Shown here one piece after another: positions 40,801-49,662 of a DNA stretch of 64,000 nucleotides; the stretch's first letter is position 1; every line of letters begins with the position of its first letter. Under the pieces are notes generated by a model. That model saw only the letters and a list, made by a program, of their open reading frames with translations, was not told the origin of the DNA and ran no database searches. The DNA is from Candidatus Poseidoniales archaeon. Its GTDB lineage: Archaea; Thermoplasmatota; Poseidoniia; Poseidoniales; Poseidoniaceae. The stretch spans positions 2,000 through 65,999 of the forward strand of contig QXXX01000073.1 of NCBI GenBank assembly GCA_009887195.1, in the 5' to 3' direction. The position numbers were made by a program, and so were the translations under genes.

Positions 40801-41218
40801 GGACCCAGTCGACCCAGTTGACCCAACAGATCCAACGGACCCAGTTGACCCAACAGATCCAGGAGATGATACAGACTTAGGTGACGATACTACCGATTCG
40901 ACAGATGAGGCTGAATCAGAGTCTGGTATATTCGGTATGTCTTATACGCTCGTTGGAATAATTGGTGCAGTGATAGTATTACTCTTAGTCACGGTATTCT
41001 TTGTTAGAGGAAGAGGCTCCAAGAACGATGCTTGGTCGATGCAGGAGAAGGCTTATTCTGATGCTGGATTCGCTGCAGTAACGGGTATGCCGGCGGCAGA
41101 TACTTCAATTACGCCAGAGCAACTAGCATACGAGCAACAATTAATTGCGGCAGGTTATCCTGCAGACTATGCAAGAGCATATGCAGACCAACATTTCCGA
41201 CCTTGGCTAAAGCAGTGA
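37802..41218 (+). CDS. Secreted membrane-anchored protein: 4 PPC-like and 2 CARDB-like domains, TSP3-like repeats, Pro/Asp linker, TM and tail
   Basis: Four Q(N/D)D...C...D..D repeats; PNLAI/PDLIP...E.NE.(D/N)N CARDB-like motifs; DxDxDG repeats. Confidence 0.85.
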   Translation: MRAMRNLRFLVGIMFIITALSPIMSTYNPLSLETFEQEESQNPFGEPVLLDELRKDLKNAVGAPCPAIQNDGGSPGDAGNATTNTAKDLGSNPTDSFTSCADTTDIEDWYEFTMDQDYNIEVTMSNYANDYDLYLAYEDNGSYVAIDASEYGDPEESVSTTGSANESTPGTYWVVVFPYNAGGGSSIGDYDLDIWTNYTESCVDWYSPQNDGNTGQDAPQNWSESPTNMGNNVTASYTGCLDGADGGDVFAFDVPVNHTITATLTMDSGVDFELIMHQPNGSIIDVSANSAGVDEFVTSVDTTFENQPGTYFVNISHFSGSGNYTLDIWTNYSVPTPNLAIDNVSFGLAANPGDVVPFDITVINDGTLELTDSFMAEVILSVDSGQTWVDHNLGNATWTSGLAINATQVITINGAIPTNIVEGEYNVFIVLDSEEMVTEKNEADNVELADDTLEIGNSVNACATPQDDAASGSDIGETVATSFDLGTDPELEVRGCIDSTDEADLYKVTITPNQPLEVTLVTAPIDGADFDLRLLLPNGTAIDTSLSLGDDFVTLEGSDYENTAGDYYINVTYWGGFGTSNPGGTYRLLVGEPDQSTYVPPFTCGNQNDLGLGQDASSSGIPLGTNNPISGTGCLSNSDTEDVYSFTIDDYYNTEVRFNASMSTPFTATLTNSAGNLVASVDNMSYGLVFESMDNETYEGQTTTYTLTVDSNGGQGDYDVELVVVNPALPDLIPESLSCPTSEVYTDEEVTTQWIIHNARGPAFGQSMVVLIELVDSDNVTLTTMYSSEVESENPSTTNAMSYEQSSVQDSYAFFTIPTDTPSGDYRCKLIIDSNNDVTEANESNNVHFSEPFYVQNEDELWANDVDKDGFNSTDAGDGIIDDCPNNPGTSTVDRYGCPDLDSDGVSNDNDILPNDMSQWYDTDGDGFGDNPDGTNGDQCPAVAGVFSGDDGVGCPILDLDLDGVLNENDLCPETPIGVIVGSDGCELPDEPGDNTTGPTDPVDPVDPTDPTDPVDPTDPGDDTDLGDDTTDSTDEAESESGIFGMSYTLVGIIGAVIVLLLVTVFFVRGRGSKNDAWSMQEKAYSDAGFAAVTGMPAADTSITPEQLAYEQQLIAAGYPADYARAYADQHFRPWLKQ
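40793..40864 (+). repeat. Coding 9-bp tandem repeat (8 units, Asp-Pro-Val/Thr linker)
   Basis: ggtccaacg gacccagtc gacccagtt gacccaaca gatccaacg gacccagtt gacccaaca gatccagga. Includes an exact 24-bp duplication. Confidence 0.85.
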
Positions 41219-41260
41219 AGTAAAGGCAATACTCATGACCTGCCGATTATTGGCACACTC

Positions 41261-41743
41261 ATGCAGGTAATGATGAAGACCAGTGCTGGAGACATACTGA
41301 TTAAGCTATACAATGAAGAGGCGCCTAAAACCGTTGAGAATTTTCTCAAACTAGTTGAAATGGGCCATTATGATGGACTTCATTTCCACCGAGTAATTCA
41401 GGATTTCATGATTCAAGGAGGGTGCCCACATTCCAAAGATCCATCTTCTCGTAGAGCAGGAACTGGCGGGCCGGGCTGGCAAATCCCTTGTGAGGCTTCT
41501 GCTCTTGCGCTAAAGCATGACAGGCCGGGGGTACTTTCAATGGCCAATGCAGGTAGGAACACCGGCGGATCTCAATTCTTCCTTACTACCGTTGCAACAC
41601 CGTGGCTGAATGGTAATCACGCCGTTTTTGGCGAGGTAGTCGGGGGAATGGATGTCGTAAAAACTATTGAGAATTGCCGTAAGTTGCCTGGCGACAAACC
41701 AGCTGAGCCACAACAAATAATCAGTTGTAAGGTAGTCGCTTAA
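41261..41743 (+). CDS. ppiB: Cyclophilin-type peptidyl-prolyl isomerase
   Basis: APKTVENF, FHRVIQDFMIQGG, LSMANAG, GSQFF, WLNGNHAVFG. Confidence 0.95.
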   Translation: MQVMMKTSAGDILIKLYNEEAPKTVENFLKLVEMGHYDGLHFHRVIQDFMIQGGCPHSKDPSSRRAGTGGPGWQIPCEASALALKHDRPGVLSMANAGRNTGGSQFFLTTVATPWLNGNHAVFGEVVGGMDVVKTIENCRKLPGDKPAEPQQIISCKVVA

Positions 41744-41764
41744 GGATTAGAGATAAATTCTATT

Positions 41765-41810
41765 TTGTTGGTATACTAACAATAGATATTATTTAATAAT
41801 TAATTATTAA
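41765..41810. promoter_or_regulatory. Two 18-bp palindromes over the fumC promoter (candidate operators)
   Basis: TTGTTGGTATACTAACAA (41765-41782, one mismatched pair) and perfect TTAATAATTAATTATTAA (41793-41810), the latter overlapping TATA TTTAATA at -28. Confidence 0.6.
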
Positions 41811-41819
41811 GGCTAGGCC

Positions 41820-43412
41820 ATGTCTAAACATCGTGTCGGAGACCGTAGAATAATTAGCATTAGCTTACCTGAAGACCTAGCGTCAAGATTAGATCGAAGT
41901 GTCGGTAAGGGTAAATCAGGGCGTAGTGCTACCATTACCAAGATGATTGAGGCTGCACTTTCACCCCAACAGCCAGGGAAAATCGAGCGTGCAGCAAGAC
42001 CCAAAACAAAGCCAACTGGGGAAGTTAGAGTTGAAAGTGATACGATGGGGGACCTAGAAGTTCCAACAGACCGTTATTATGGCTGTCAAACCGCTCGCTC
42101 ATTGATAAATTTCGACATCGGAGATGATAAAATGCCTAGAGGAGTAATACGATCTTTTGGCATTCTAAAGCAAGCTGCAGCCAAGACTAATGTTTCATTG
42201 AAGCAAATAGATGCCAAGGTTGGTGAATTAATAATCCAAGCCTGTCAAGAGGTTATTGATGGTGAATTAGATGATCATTTCCCACTGCGAATTTGGCAAA
42301 CAGGTAGTGGTACTCAAAGTAATATGAATTCCAACGAAGTAATTGCCAATAGAGCAATTGAAATTGCCGGAGGAGAATTGGGCTCTAAACACCCAGTTCA
42401 TCCTAACGATCACGTCAACCGAGCCCAGTCTTCCAATGATACCTTTCCTACAGCCATGCATATAGCTTCAGCAGAAGCTTTTGTTCACGATCTACTACCC
42501 AGTGTCAGGGCTTTGAGAAATGCGTTAAATGACAAGGCGAAGCAGTGGGAAAGCATTGTCAAAATAGGGCGCACTCACTTGATGGATGCAGTTCCGCTGA
42601 CCCTTGGACAGGAAGCTTCTGGCTGGGTAGCCCAACTTGATGCAGATCTTCGCCGCCTAGATTTTGCCTTAGATGATTTATTTGAATTAGCATTAGGGGG
42701 CACTGCTGTTGGAACTGGCCTGAATACACATCCACTATTTGCCCAAATGGTCTCTGATGAGATTTCTAATATCACCGGATTAATGTTTGTCAGTGCAGAA
42801 AACAAGTTTGCCCAACTAGCCGCTCATGATGCAATAGTTGCGGCTAGTGGCGCACTAAACACTTTGGCAGTAAGTTTGATGAAAATAGCCAATGACATAA
42901 GATGGCTAGGTTCGGGACCAAGGTGTGGATTGGGGGAACTAGCATTGCCAGCTAACGAACCTGGCTCGTCAATAATGCCAGGTAAAGTAAATCCAACCCA
43001 AGCAGAAGCGATGACAATGGTATGTTGCCAAGTTATGGGCAACCATACAGCCATAACAGTAGGAGGCTCTCAAGGTAATTTCGAATTAAATGTATACAAA
43101 CCAATGATGATTCACAATCTACTTCATTCGACAAAATTACTCACCGATGCTTGCCGTTCTATGCGAGAAAATTGTGTTGAAGGGTTAGAGCCGGTTAGAG
43201 AGAATATCACCAACCACTTGGAAAATTCATTAATGCTAGTTACTGCCCTCAACAATCAAATTGGTTATGATAAAGCGGCTAAAATTGCTAAAAATGCTCA
43301 TGAAAAAGGTCTCACACTGAGGGAATCTGCATTAGAATTGAAATATTTGACTAACGAAGAATTTGATTTGTGGGTTCGACCAGAACAAATGATCGGGCCC
43401 TCAGTCAAGTGA
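41820..43412 (+). CDS. fumC: Class II fumarate hydratase with an N-terminal ribbon-helix-helix domain
   Basis: [34 protein letters not shown]. First ~48 aa ([17 protein letters not shown]...[13 protein letters not shown]) have an RHH pattern. Confidence 0.93.
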   Translation: MSKHRVGDRRIISISLPEDLASRLDRSVGKGKSGRSATITKMIEAALSPQQPGKIERAARPKTKPTGEVRVESDTMGDLEVPTDRYYGCQTARSLINFDIGDDKMPRGVIRSFGILKQAAAKTNVSLKQIDAKVGELIIQACQEVIDGELDDHFPLRIWQTGSGTQSNMNSNEVIANRAIEIAGGELGSKHPVHPNDHVNRAQSSNDTFPTAMHIASAEAFVHDLLPSVRALRNALNDKAKQWESIVKIGRTHLMDAVPLTLGQEASGWVAQLDADLRRLDFALDDLFELALGGTAVGTGLNTHPLFAQMVSDEISNITGLMFVSAENKFAQLAAHDAIVAASGALNTLAVSLMKIANDIRWLGSGPRCGLGELALPANEPGSSIMPGKVNPTQAEAMTMVCCQVMGNHTAITVGGSQGNFELNVYKPMMIHNLLHSTKLLTDACRSMRENCVEGLEPVRENITNHLENSLMLVTALNNQIGYDKAAKIAKNAHEKGLTLRESALELKYLTNEEFDLWVRPEQMIGPSVK

Positions 43413-46400
43413 TTACAAGAAATCCGACAACGTCATTTGCCTTGCACGGTCGTTTTGGAATAATGAATCGGTACTATTAGCCAACCACTGAACATTTTGT
43501 TTGGTATAGGTGTCGACACCATATTTTTCCATAACGTGAAGTGTGACTTTGATGTATTTTCTTACTGCCCCCTCTGAAACAGTAAGCGCTAGATTGCCGT
43601 TGCACAAATCACCTTCAGATTTTACTATTCCCATCGAGGCAAAGCCTGCACTACTTGCTTTAGTTTCCTGAATACACTTTCCTGCAATAGGCATTCTTCG
43701 ATAAGAGTGAGCACACTTCAAACACCGAACTTTCTGCCTAGCAAAAGCATTGAGGTTACCTCTAAGATCAGGGAGGAAATGCGATCTAATAACACTTGAA
43801 GCTACCCTCCGAACATCGACTGCACGCAATCTATGGCCCAAATCTAACTGGCCGTTCATCTTGTCAATCATAGTGTCTAAGGTCTTGTAAGCAGACAATG
43901 CTGGCCCAGCGGAAATCGATGCGCAATCGTGGGTGTATCCATAACCCCTCACGGCAGCAACTGAACCCAATCTTCGCTCGACAAAGTCAACACGGTTTGA
44001 GAGAGATTTCGGATGTGGGCAATCTTGAGTTATTTCATAAAAATCACGTTCATAGAACCATCCCGAATCTACATTCAGGGCTTCTTTGTCCACTTCAGTT
44101 GGGTTTAATCTAGTGGTCAATACTAAAGGAGCGTCCATTTGACCGCCACGGTTAGCTGGTAAAATGTCTCTACTGAAATTTAACAAACCATCCATTAGTA
44201 ACATTATAGCATCTTCATCTCCATCACAATTTCTTCTTTTTGAAGCATGGAATAGTGGATGAGCATACCCCCCAGAACAGTCGGCCCAGCCGATAATTCT
44301 AGACAACACTCCACCCGAGGTGTGTGGTGCTAATGCACATATTAAATGACCAACTAAGTCCTCTGGGGATGATACATTATAATACGGCTCCATATCATAA
44401 TATCTTACCAATAAATCATCAATAAACTGTGTGGTTCGCACAAAATAGTCTCCAGCATTTTTAGCTACTATGAAATCTTGTGGATACAACTCAAGCATTT
44501 GATCGTCACAGGTTAATTCCTCACCTAGGTAATCATGGGTGTAGCCTAAATTGACCAGTCTCTTCCATGAGACCTCTACCTCACTTGGCTTAAAGTGAGT
44601 AACAGGGACATCACTCATATCGAATCTAACCGTGCCATCTCTAAATACTGGCAAGTCATATTTAGCACGTAAAAGACCCTTTTCTAATGCCTCGGGAGTT
44701 TGATTTTTACTGGCGATTTTCTTCATACACTTGACATTCTTAGGTAATCTATCAAGACCTAATGTGATCATAGCATCATCAATCATTGAGGAAATAGGGA
44801 CAGTGGTTATTTCGCCTCTTCTTCGACGATTTTCTGCTAATTCGCCTTTGAATTCAGTTCTCCCTCCACATTTTTCCCCAACAATCGGTTCACCAAACTC
44901 GTTTAATTTTCTATGATGGCACGATAACATTGGAGACTTTTTGTTACACTTAGTGCATGTTCTAATCCCCAGCTGAACTCGAATGTCCTTTTTCCTTGCA
45001 GCATTGGTTAGTAATCTTTGATTGCCACCGTTGAGGTCAATTGGAAATAAAGTATGAGCCATCGGATTCATTACTCGAGGTGCCGATTTTTCTGGACGGC
45101 CCATTCGGCATCCTATTCTAACCGGTGCAGAATGATGCCACCTTAGTTTTGACAATTTTCTAATTATTGGCAAAACTCCATCCACACGATAATCATCGCG
45201 CTCAATTTGTGATGACAAATATGACGCAGCATCATCGGGACCAATATCAGGGATGTTTGCGGCAGCAATACGGCCAACTTCATCGGTTTCGGCAATGCCT
45301 TTACCCTGTTGACGTGCATTAGTTTCAGCAGAAATACGGTAAATAGAGCGTTCTTTTTCTAATTCATCTAGGCGCAATTCTTCTTTCGCAAGAATCTCTG
45401 CACTCCGCCTTAGCTTGGCTATTTTATCTTCGAACACACCAATAGAATTCGCAGTCATTATCGCTTTGTTACCGTCGATGGAAAACCCAAAAGCTTCCAT
45501 CATTGCTGACCAGCCGCTAGTAATGACTAGATCTTCACCATCATGGTAATGTGCTAAACCAAGAATCAGTGCAGAGCCCTTCACGATTCCATGCTGCATT
45601 AGTGTCCAAAGAGCCGATTTATCCGTGTCAAATATTGCCTCTGTTGAGATGAAATTGGGCCCGGGAATATCTTTTATCATTTCCATAGATATATCAGGGT
45701 GGGCCATTTCAGACATTACTTTTTGATTCCAGTTTGCTACTCCACCCTTTATTCTCAATGATTTAGCCTCAGGCCTAGGAGTGTCATTTAACATAATTTC
45801 ATCTCCACTAAAATCTTCAACAACTGAGGCATTCAAGATTTTTAATAACTGAGGTATCCATTCGATTGGCAAATCTAGGAACCAAGGATTGTGTGGGGGC
45901 GGCAGAGAGGTCTTAAATCGCTCAGCAATAGACTTAGCTTGCTGCCAGTTTGGCCTCAAGGTAACTAAAAATCGGTGCCACAGTAATCTGACTTTGAACC
46001 TTAAATCTGCATCGCCGATTTCTTCTATTGTAATACCAGGAACGCCACTAGGACATTGTTTGCGCGTTATTTCCATTATCTCACAAAACACCTCTACTAA
46101 ATCATTTGATGACAATTCTTCAATCAAGTCGCTTGCCCACCAATCTAAACAATATCCTGCCGGAACCAGATTCTTGTTATTCTCCATAAATTCTCCATAG
46201 CCAATAACAATCTCACCATTATCCCAAATAGTAGCAATATCTTTTTCCAATGATTTGAAACTAGCAACGTCATCACATCTTGTGAAACGACCGTTGTTTA
46301 GTACCACCCACGGCCCGTCAGTGTAGTCAGATGGAGTAATAGCACATGCTTTACCAGGGCGTTCAATTTTCATTTGAGTGCCAATTGTGATAAAATCATC

Positions 46401-47513
46401 CATTGCCAGCATACACGCGGGGTTTACTGAAGCAGCAGCCAAGCCCGAAGGGCGGGCTCTTCCATATCGTAATCTGAATCCGCCAGGTTCTTGTGGCGAG
46501 CCAAATACCGGCCTTCCAGCAATAATGTCATTCATGAACTTGGTGATAGGTTCGGTTAGCCTAGACTTGAATTTATTTTCATCCTCATCTTCTTGAGGCT
46601 TATCTTTCTCGGCAAATTTACTGATGAAATCCCAACCGGCAATTTTCATCCGTTCAGTATGTTTGCGGATTTTTGGAGCTTTCAAACACATCCCTTCACC
46701 AATAACTAACAGCACTCCTCCTCGAATTCTAGCCTCGTCAATATTTCTTACATTACCATAACCAGAACATTGGATTTTTTCCGTGGATTCGCCGTTTATC
46801 ATGACAGGACACGCTCTAACAATTTCGTCAATTTCTTCGGGGCTTGGCCGATATTGCAGATTCCCTCGATAAAGTCCGAATTCCTCTTTGACTCGTTCCA
46901 CTTCTGGGTCTGTTGGTTGATATCTACCAACATTGAGTTCGATTCTGATCATGTCAGCAATCAGTACAGCCAAAGCTTGCGCAGTTCCACCAGCGGCTCT
47001 AATCGGCCCAGCGAAATGAACAGATACGAATTGAGAGCCATCTAAGTTGTTGAGTAATCTCACTTCACTAATCCCTTCAAGAGGTGCTACAAGAACCGCT
47101 TCAGTTAGAATTGCGAGCCCAACTCTAAGACCCACATCTATAGCAGTGACAAGGTCATACCCTTCATCCCTAAATCCTCTAGCTACTGATTGCGCCATTA
47201 GCATTGATGTTGTTTCCCTATCGTACTTTTCTAACATGTTGCGAATATCTTGTGCAACTTCATATTCACCAAGATATTCAACGAGCAACTTTTCAGTCCT
47301 GCCCGCTAGGTCAGCGGCCCTAGGAATTTCAACAAATGGCTTATGATCTAGATTTTTAGCGCGGGCTTTTTCAGCAATCCGATAAGCATCATCAGTCCTT
47401 TCATCCATCCATTGTTGGTAGTTTTCCATCTCAAGTTCTAATCTTGCAAGGTCAATCCCTTCAAGGGGGTTATTGTCGGCTTTTGTGGTTACAGTATCCG
47501 ACATTCTCCCCAC
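43413..47513 (-). CDS. polC: DNA polymerase II (PolD) large subunit DP2
   Basis: GPIRAAGGTAQA, GGFRLRYGR, RMGRPEK, RRNCDGDED, C-terminal PIP box QMTLSDFL. No intein. Confidence 0.97.
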   Translation of the reverse strand: MGRMSDTVTTKADNNPLEGIDLARLELEMENYQQWMDERTDDAYRIAEKARAKNLDHKPFVEIPRAADLAGRTEKLLVEYLGEYEVAQDIRNMLEKYDRETTSMLMAQSVARGFRDEGYDLVTAIDVGLRVGLAILTEAVLVAPLEGISEVRLLNNLDGSQFVSVHFAGPIRAAGGTAQALAVLIADMIRIELNVGRYQPTDPEVERVKEEFGLYRGNLQYRPSPEEIDEIVRACPVMINGESTEKIQCSGYGNVRNIDEARIRGGVLLVIGEGMCLKAPKIRKHTERMKIAGWDFISKFAEKDKPQEDEDENKFKSRLTEPITKFMNDIIAGRPVFGSPQEPGGFRLRYGRARPSGLAAASVNPACMLAMDDFITIGTQMKIERPGKACAITPSDYTDGPWVVLNNGRFTRCDDVASFKSLEKDIATIWDNGEIVIGYGEFMENNKNLVPAGYCLDWWASDLIEELSSNDLVEVFCEIMEITRKQCPSGVPGITIEEIGDADLRFKVRLLWHRFLVTLRPNWQQAKSIAERFKTSLPPPHNPWFLDLPIEWIPQLLKILNASVVEDFSGDEIMLNDTPRPEAKSLRIKGGVANWNQKVMSEMAHPDISMEMIKDIPGPNFISTEAIFDTDKSALWTLMQHGIVKGSALILGLAHYHDGEDLVITSGWSAMMEAFGFSIDGNKAIMTANSIGVFEDKIAKLRRSAEILAKEELRLDELEKERSIYRISAETNARQQGKGIAETDEVGRIAAANIPDIGPDDAASYLSSQIERDDYRVDGVLPIIRKLSKLRWHHSAPVRIGCRMGRPEKSAPRVMNPMAHTLFPIDLNGGNQRLLTNAARKKDIRVQLGIRTCTKCNKKSPMLSCHHRKLNEFGEPIVGEKCGGRTEFKGELAENRRRRGEITTVPISSMIDDAMITLGLDRLPKNVKCMKKIASKNQTPEALEKGLLRAKYDLPVFRDGTVRFDMSDVPVTHFKPSEVEVSWKRLVNLGYTHDYLGEELTCDDQMLELYPQDFIVAKNAGDYFVRTTQFIDDLLVRYYDMEPYYNVSSPEDLVGHLICALAPHTSGGVLSRIIGWADCSGGYAHPLFHASKRRNCDGDEDAIMLLMDGLLNFSRDILPANRGGQMDAPLVLTTRLNPTEVDKEALNVDSGWFYERDFYEITQDCPHPKSLSNRVDFVERRLGSVAAVRGYGYTHDCASISAGPALSAYKTLDTMIDKMNGQLDLGHRLRAVDVRRVASSVIRSHFLPDLRGNLNAFARQKVRCLKCAHSYRRMPIAGKCIQETKASSAGFASMGIVKSEGDLCNGNLALTVSEGAVRKYIKVTLHVMEKYGVDTYTKQNVQWLANSTDSLFQNDRARQMTLSDFL

Positions 47514-47649
47514 TACCTATGAACAATGACGACCGCTTATCAACAGTTGCCTAGGGGTAACGCTCACTTTCAACATCAAAGACATTTTTGTTGAACATTA
47601 TGGTAAATTGTCAAGAAAGTTCATGGCCCATTTTGTTGACCAACAGATA

Positions 47650-48246
47650 ATGGGAGTCGCAGGAACAGTCCGCAATCATCCAAAATGGCCTAGACTAGTC
47701 GAGTTGGTCAAGGACTTGGCCTTTATCGACGGCGGCGATGACAATGCGTTTACCTTAGCAAGCGGGAGAAACTCTCGCTGGTTTTTTGATACAAAACCCG
47801 TCATGATGCACCCAGAGTCAAGTCATTTGTTAGGTGAATTACTAAATTTGCGGATGGATGAAATGGGCGCAGATTTTGTTGGGGGTCTAGAGCTGGGAGC
47901 GGTTCCATTGACTGCTATTGCAGTAGCAATGGCGGATGAAAACTCTCCAAGACGCGGATTTATGGTTAGAAAAGAACCAAAGGGGCGGGGTGGTAGAAAA
48001 ACCAATAATCCACCAGGCATAGAGGGTTCATCCCTATCTGCTGGCGGCAATATTGTGATAGTAGAAGACGTTACAACCACGGGCGGGTCTGCAATTAAAG
48101 CTGTAGATCGAATACATAATGATACAGATTGCAAAGTAATCGGTGTGATCAGTATTGTAGACAGAGAAGAGGGTGCAGAGCAAGCTTTTGCAGCCGCCGG
48201 GATTCATTTTGAGAGTTTAATGACCCGTAGTGATGTTGCCCAGTGA
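47650..48246 (+). CDS. pyrE: Orotate phosphoribosyltransferase
   Basis: FTLASG, GLELGAVP, VRKEPK, IVEDVTTTGGS. Start placed at ATG 47650 (TTCATGG box at -30). Confidence 0.92.
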   Translation: MGVAGTVRNHPKWPRLVELVKDLAFIDGGDDNAFTLASGRNSRWFFDTKPVMMHPESSHLLGELLNLRMDEMGADFVGGLELGAVPLTAIAVAMADENSPRRGFMVRKEPKGRGGRKTNNPPGIEGSSLSAGGNIVIVEDVTTTGGSAIKAVDRIHNDTDCKVIGVISIVDREEGAEQAFAAAGIHFESLMTRSDVAQ

Positions 48247-49541
48247 GGGATTTAATGACCCAAATTCTTGAACCCCTTTCTACATCTAGCGACGGTCTGT
48301 TTGAGCATAACCCAGATAAGACGGCAGTAGAGAAGTTTCGTTTTTTTCACGCCGATGAAGGCAAACCTCTGGCTACACCTTGGCAAGTAGCTCTTTCACG
48401 TGCATTGATTCTACGGCGGTATAAATTAAGTCAAGGTATTATTCTAGATCCTGCTTGCGGTAGCGGTATTCAAATCGCTGCCTATTCAGAAATATTAGGA
48501 AGGCCAATAGTTGGCGTTGAACTTAATCCCGAGCGAGCCAGAGCAAGCGCAGTAAATTTTCGTACGATCTTTACCGAACGGGGCGCCACTTCAATCGAGC
48601 GACTAAAAAATAGCAAAATAATTGTCGGTGATGGCACTAAGGGGGATGAAATAATCAAACTTTTGAGCGAAAATAACGTAGATTCAAAGGTTGCTCTCCT
48701 TCACTTAGACCCTGCTCGGCCACGTAATAGTAGAGAACATTCGTTAAGTGAAATGGCCCCTAAATTAGATCAAGTTTTTGCCGGATGGCAAGACCATCTA
48801 TTAACGACTTCCAACGGACCGCCAATTTTATTGGATTTATCTCCGAGAATCTCTAATGAGCAAATGCTTGAGGTAGAAGCACTTGTTGAACAATTCTGGC
48901 CTAATTCTAACAAAACATGGACTTGGACTTCGAGGGGCCGGGGCAGAGTAGACCGTCTTGCTCTTTGGATCGGCCCGATTGCCGAGCCAGGAATTTCTAG
49001 GCGATTTGTTAGAATCCCCCCAGACCCCAAGCAACCACCGTTTGAGATGTTAGGCGGACAACCATTACAAACCGAACCAGAACAATTGACGGTCAATGAC
49101 AAGGTTCCCAAAAGAGGTGATTTTGTCTCAATAATTGACTCAGCCTTAGTTGAATCAGGTATGGCAGAAGACTGGCTTGAATCACTAAACATTGGTCAAG
49201 AATATGAGTGGTCTTCTACTGCCGGCAGAAGGCCGACGATATATCATTCAAAAAGCCTGAATAACATTCCCCATGGAAGTGAAATTTTAGTACAATGTAC
49301 TGGTAAAATCGTTGACTTGATTCACGATGATTTAACCATGGAAACGGTTGATTCATTTGTTGAGATTTGTTTGGCTAATGATGTCAAGAAACTAACTATT
49401 CGAGCAAGTCTTGCGCCAGATTTACATCCAAAACTCCAAGGATCTTTTGATCGACAATTAGCAAAGCGTCACGGGTCCCGAGATGCCTTTTTACTAAAGC
49501 GGCCAAATCATGCGACATTTTTGCTATGCATAACTTCATAA
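48243..49541 (+). CDS. Class I SAM-dependent methyltransferase with a THUMP-like C-terminal region (probable RNA MTase)
   Basis: ILDPACGSG, VELNPER, LHLDPARP, LDLSP. Confidence 0.75.
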   Translation: MRDLMTQILEPLSTSSDGLFEHNPDKTAVEKFRFFHADEGKPLATPWQVALSRALILRRYKLSQGIILDPACGSGIQIAAYSEILGRPIVGVELNPERARASAVNFRTIFTERGATSIERLKNSKIIVGDGTKGDEIIKLLSENNVDSKVALLHLDPARPRNSREHSLSEMAPKLDQVFAGWQDHLLTTSNGPPILLDLSPRISNEQMLEVEALVEQFWPNSNKTWTWTSRGRGRVDRLALWIGPIAEPGISRRFVRIPPDPKQPPFEMLGGQPLQTEPEQLTVNDKVPKRGDFVSIIDSALVESGMAEDWLESLNIGQEYEWSSTAGRRPTIYHSKSLNNIPHGSEILVQCTGKIVDLIHDDLTMETVDSFVEICLANDVKKLTIRASLAPDLHPKLQGSFDRQLAKRHGSRDAFLLKRPNHATFLLCITS

Positions 49542-49662
49542 TTTTGTTGAAATTGTGGTAATTTTGACTTTCCAAAACCTTCTGCCGTATCGCGGTCTTG
49601 ATATATGGGAGGTTGGTCGGGAACTTGCTTGACACTGTGTGTAAGCATCAAGGTGAAACAAA

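Noticed and set aside
40793-40864. Short repeats as a CRISPR array or phase-variable tract
   Set aside because: In-frame 9-bp coding units with no spacers, and no cas genes in the window.
44200-44260. Intein in PolD DP2 (and in MCM)
   Set aside because: RRNCDGDED and the MCM Walker A region are uninterrupted; no splice-junction or LAGLIDADG motifs seen.
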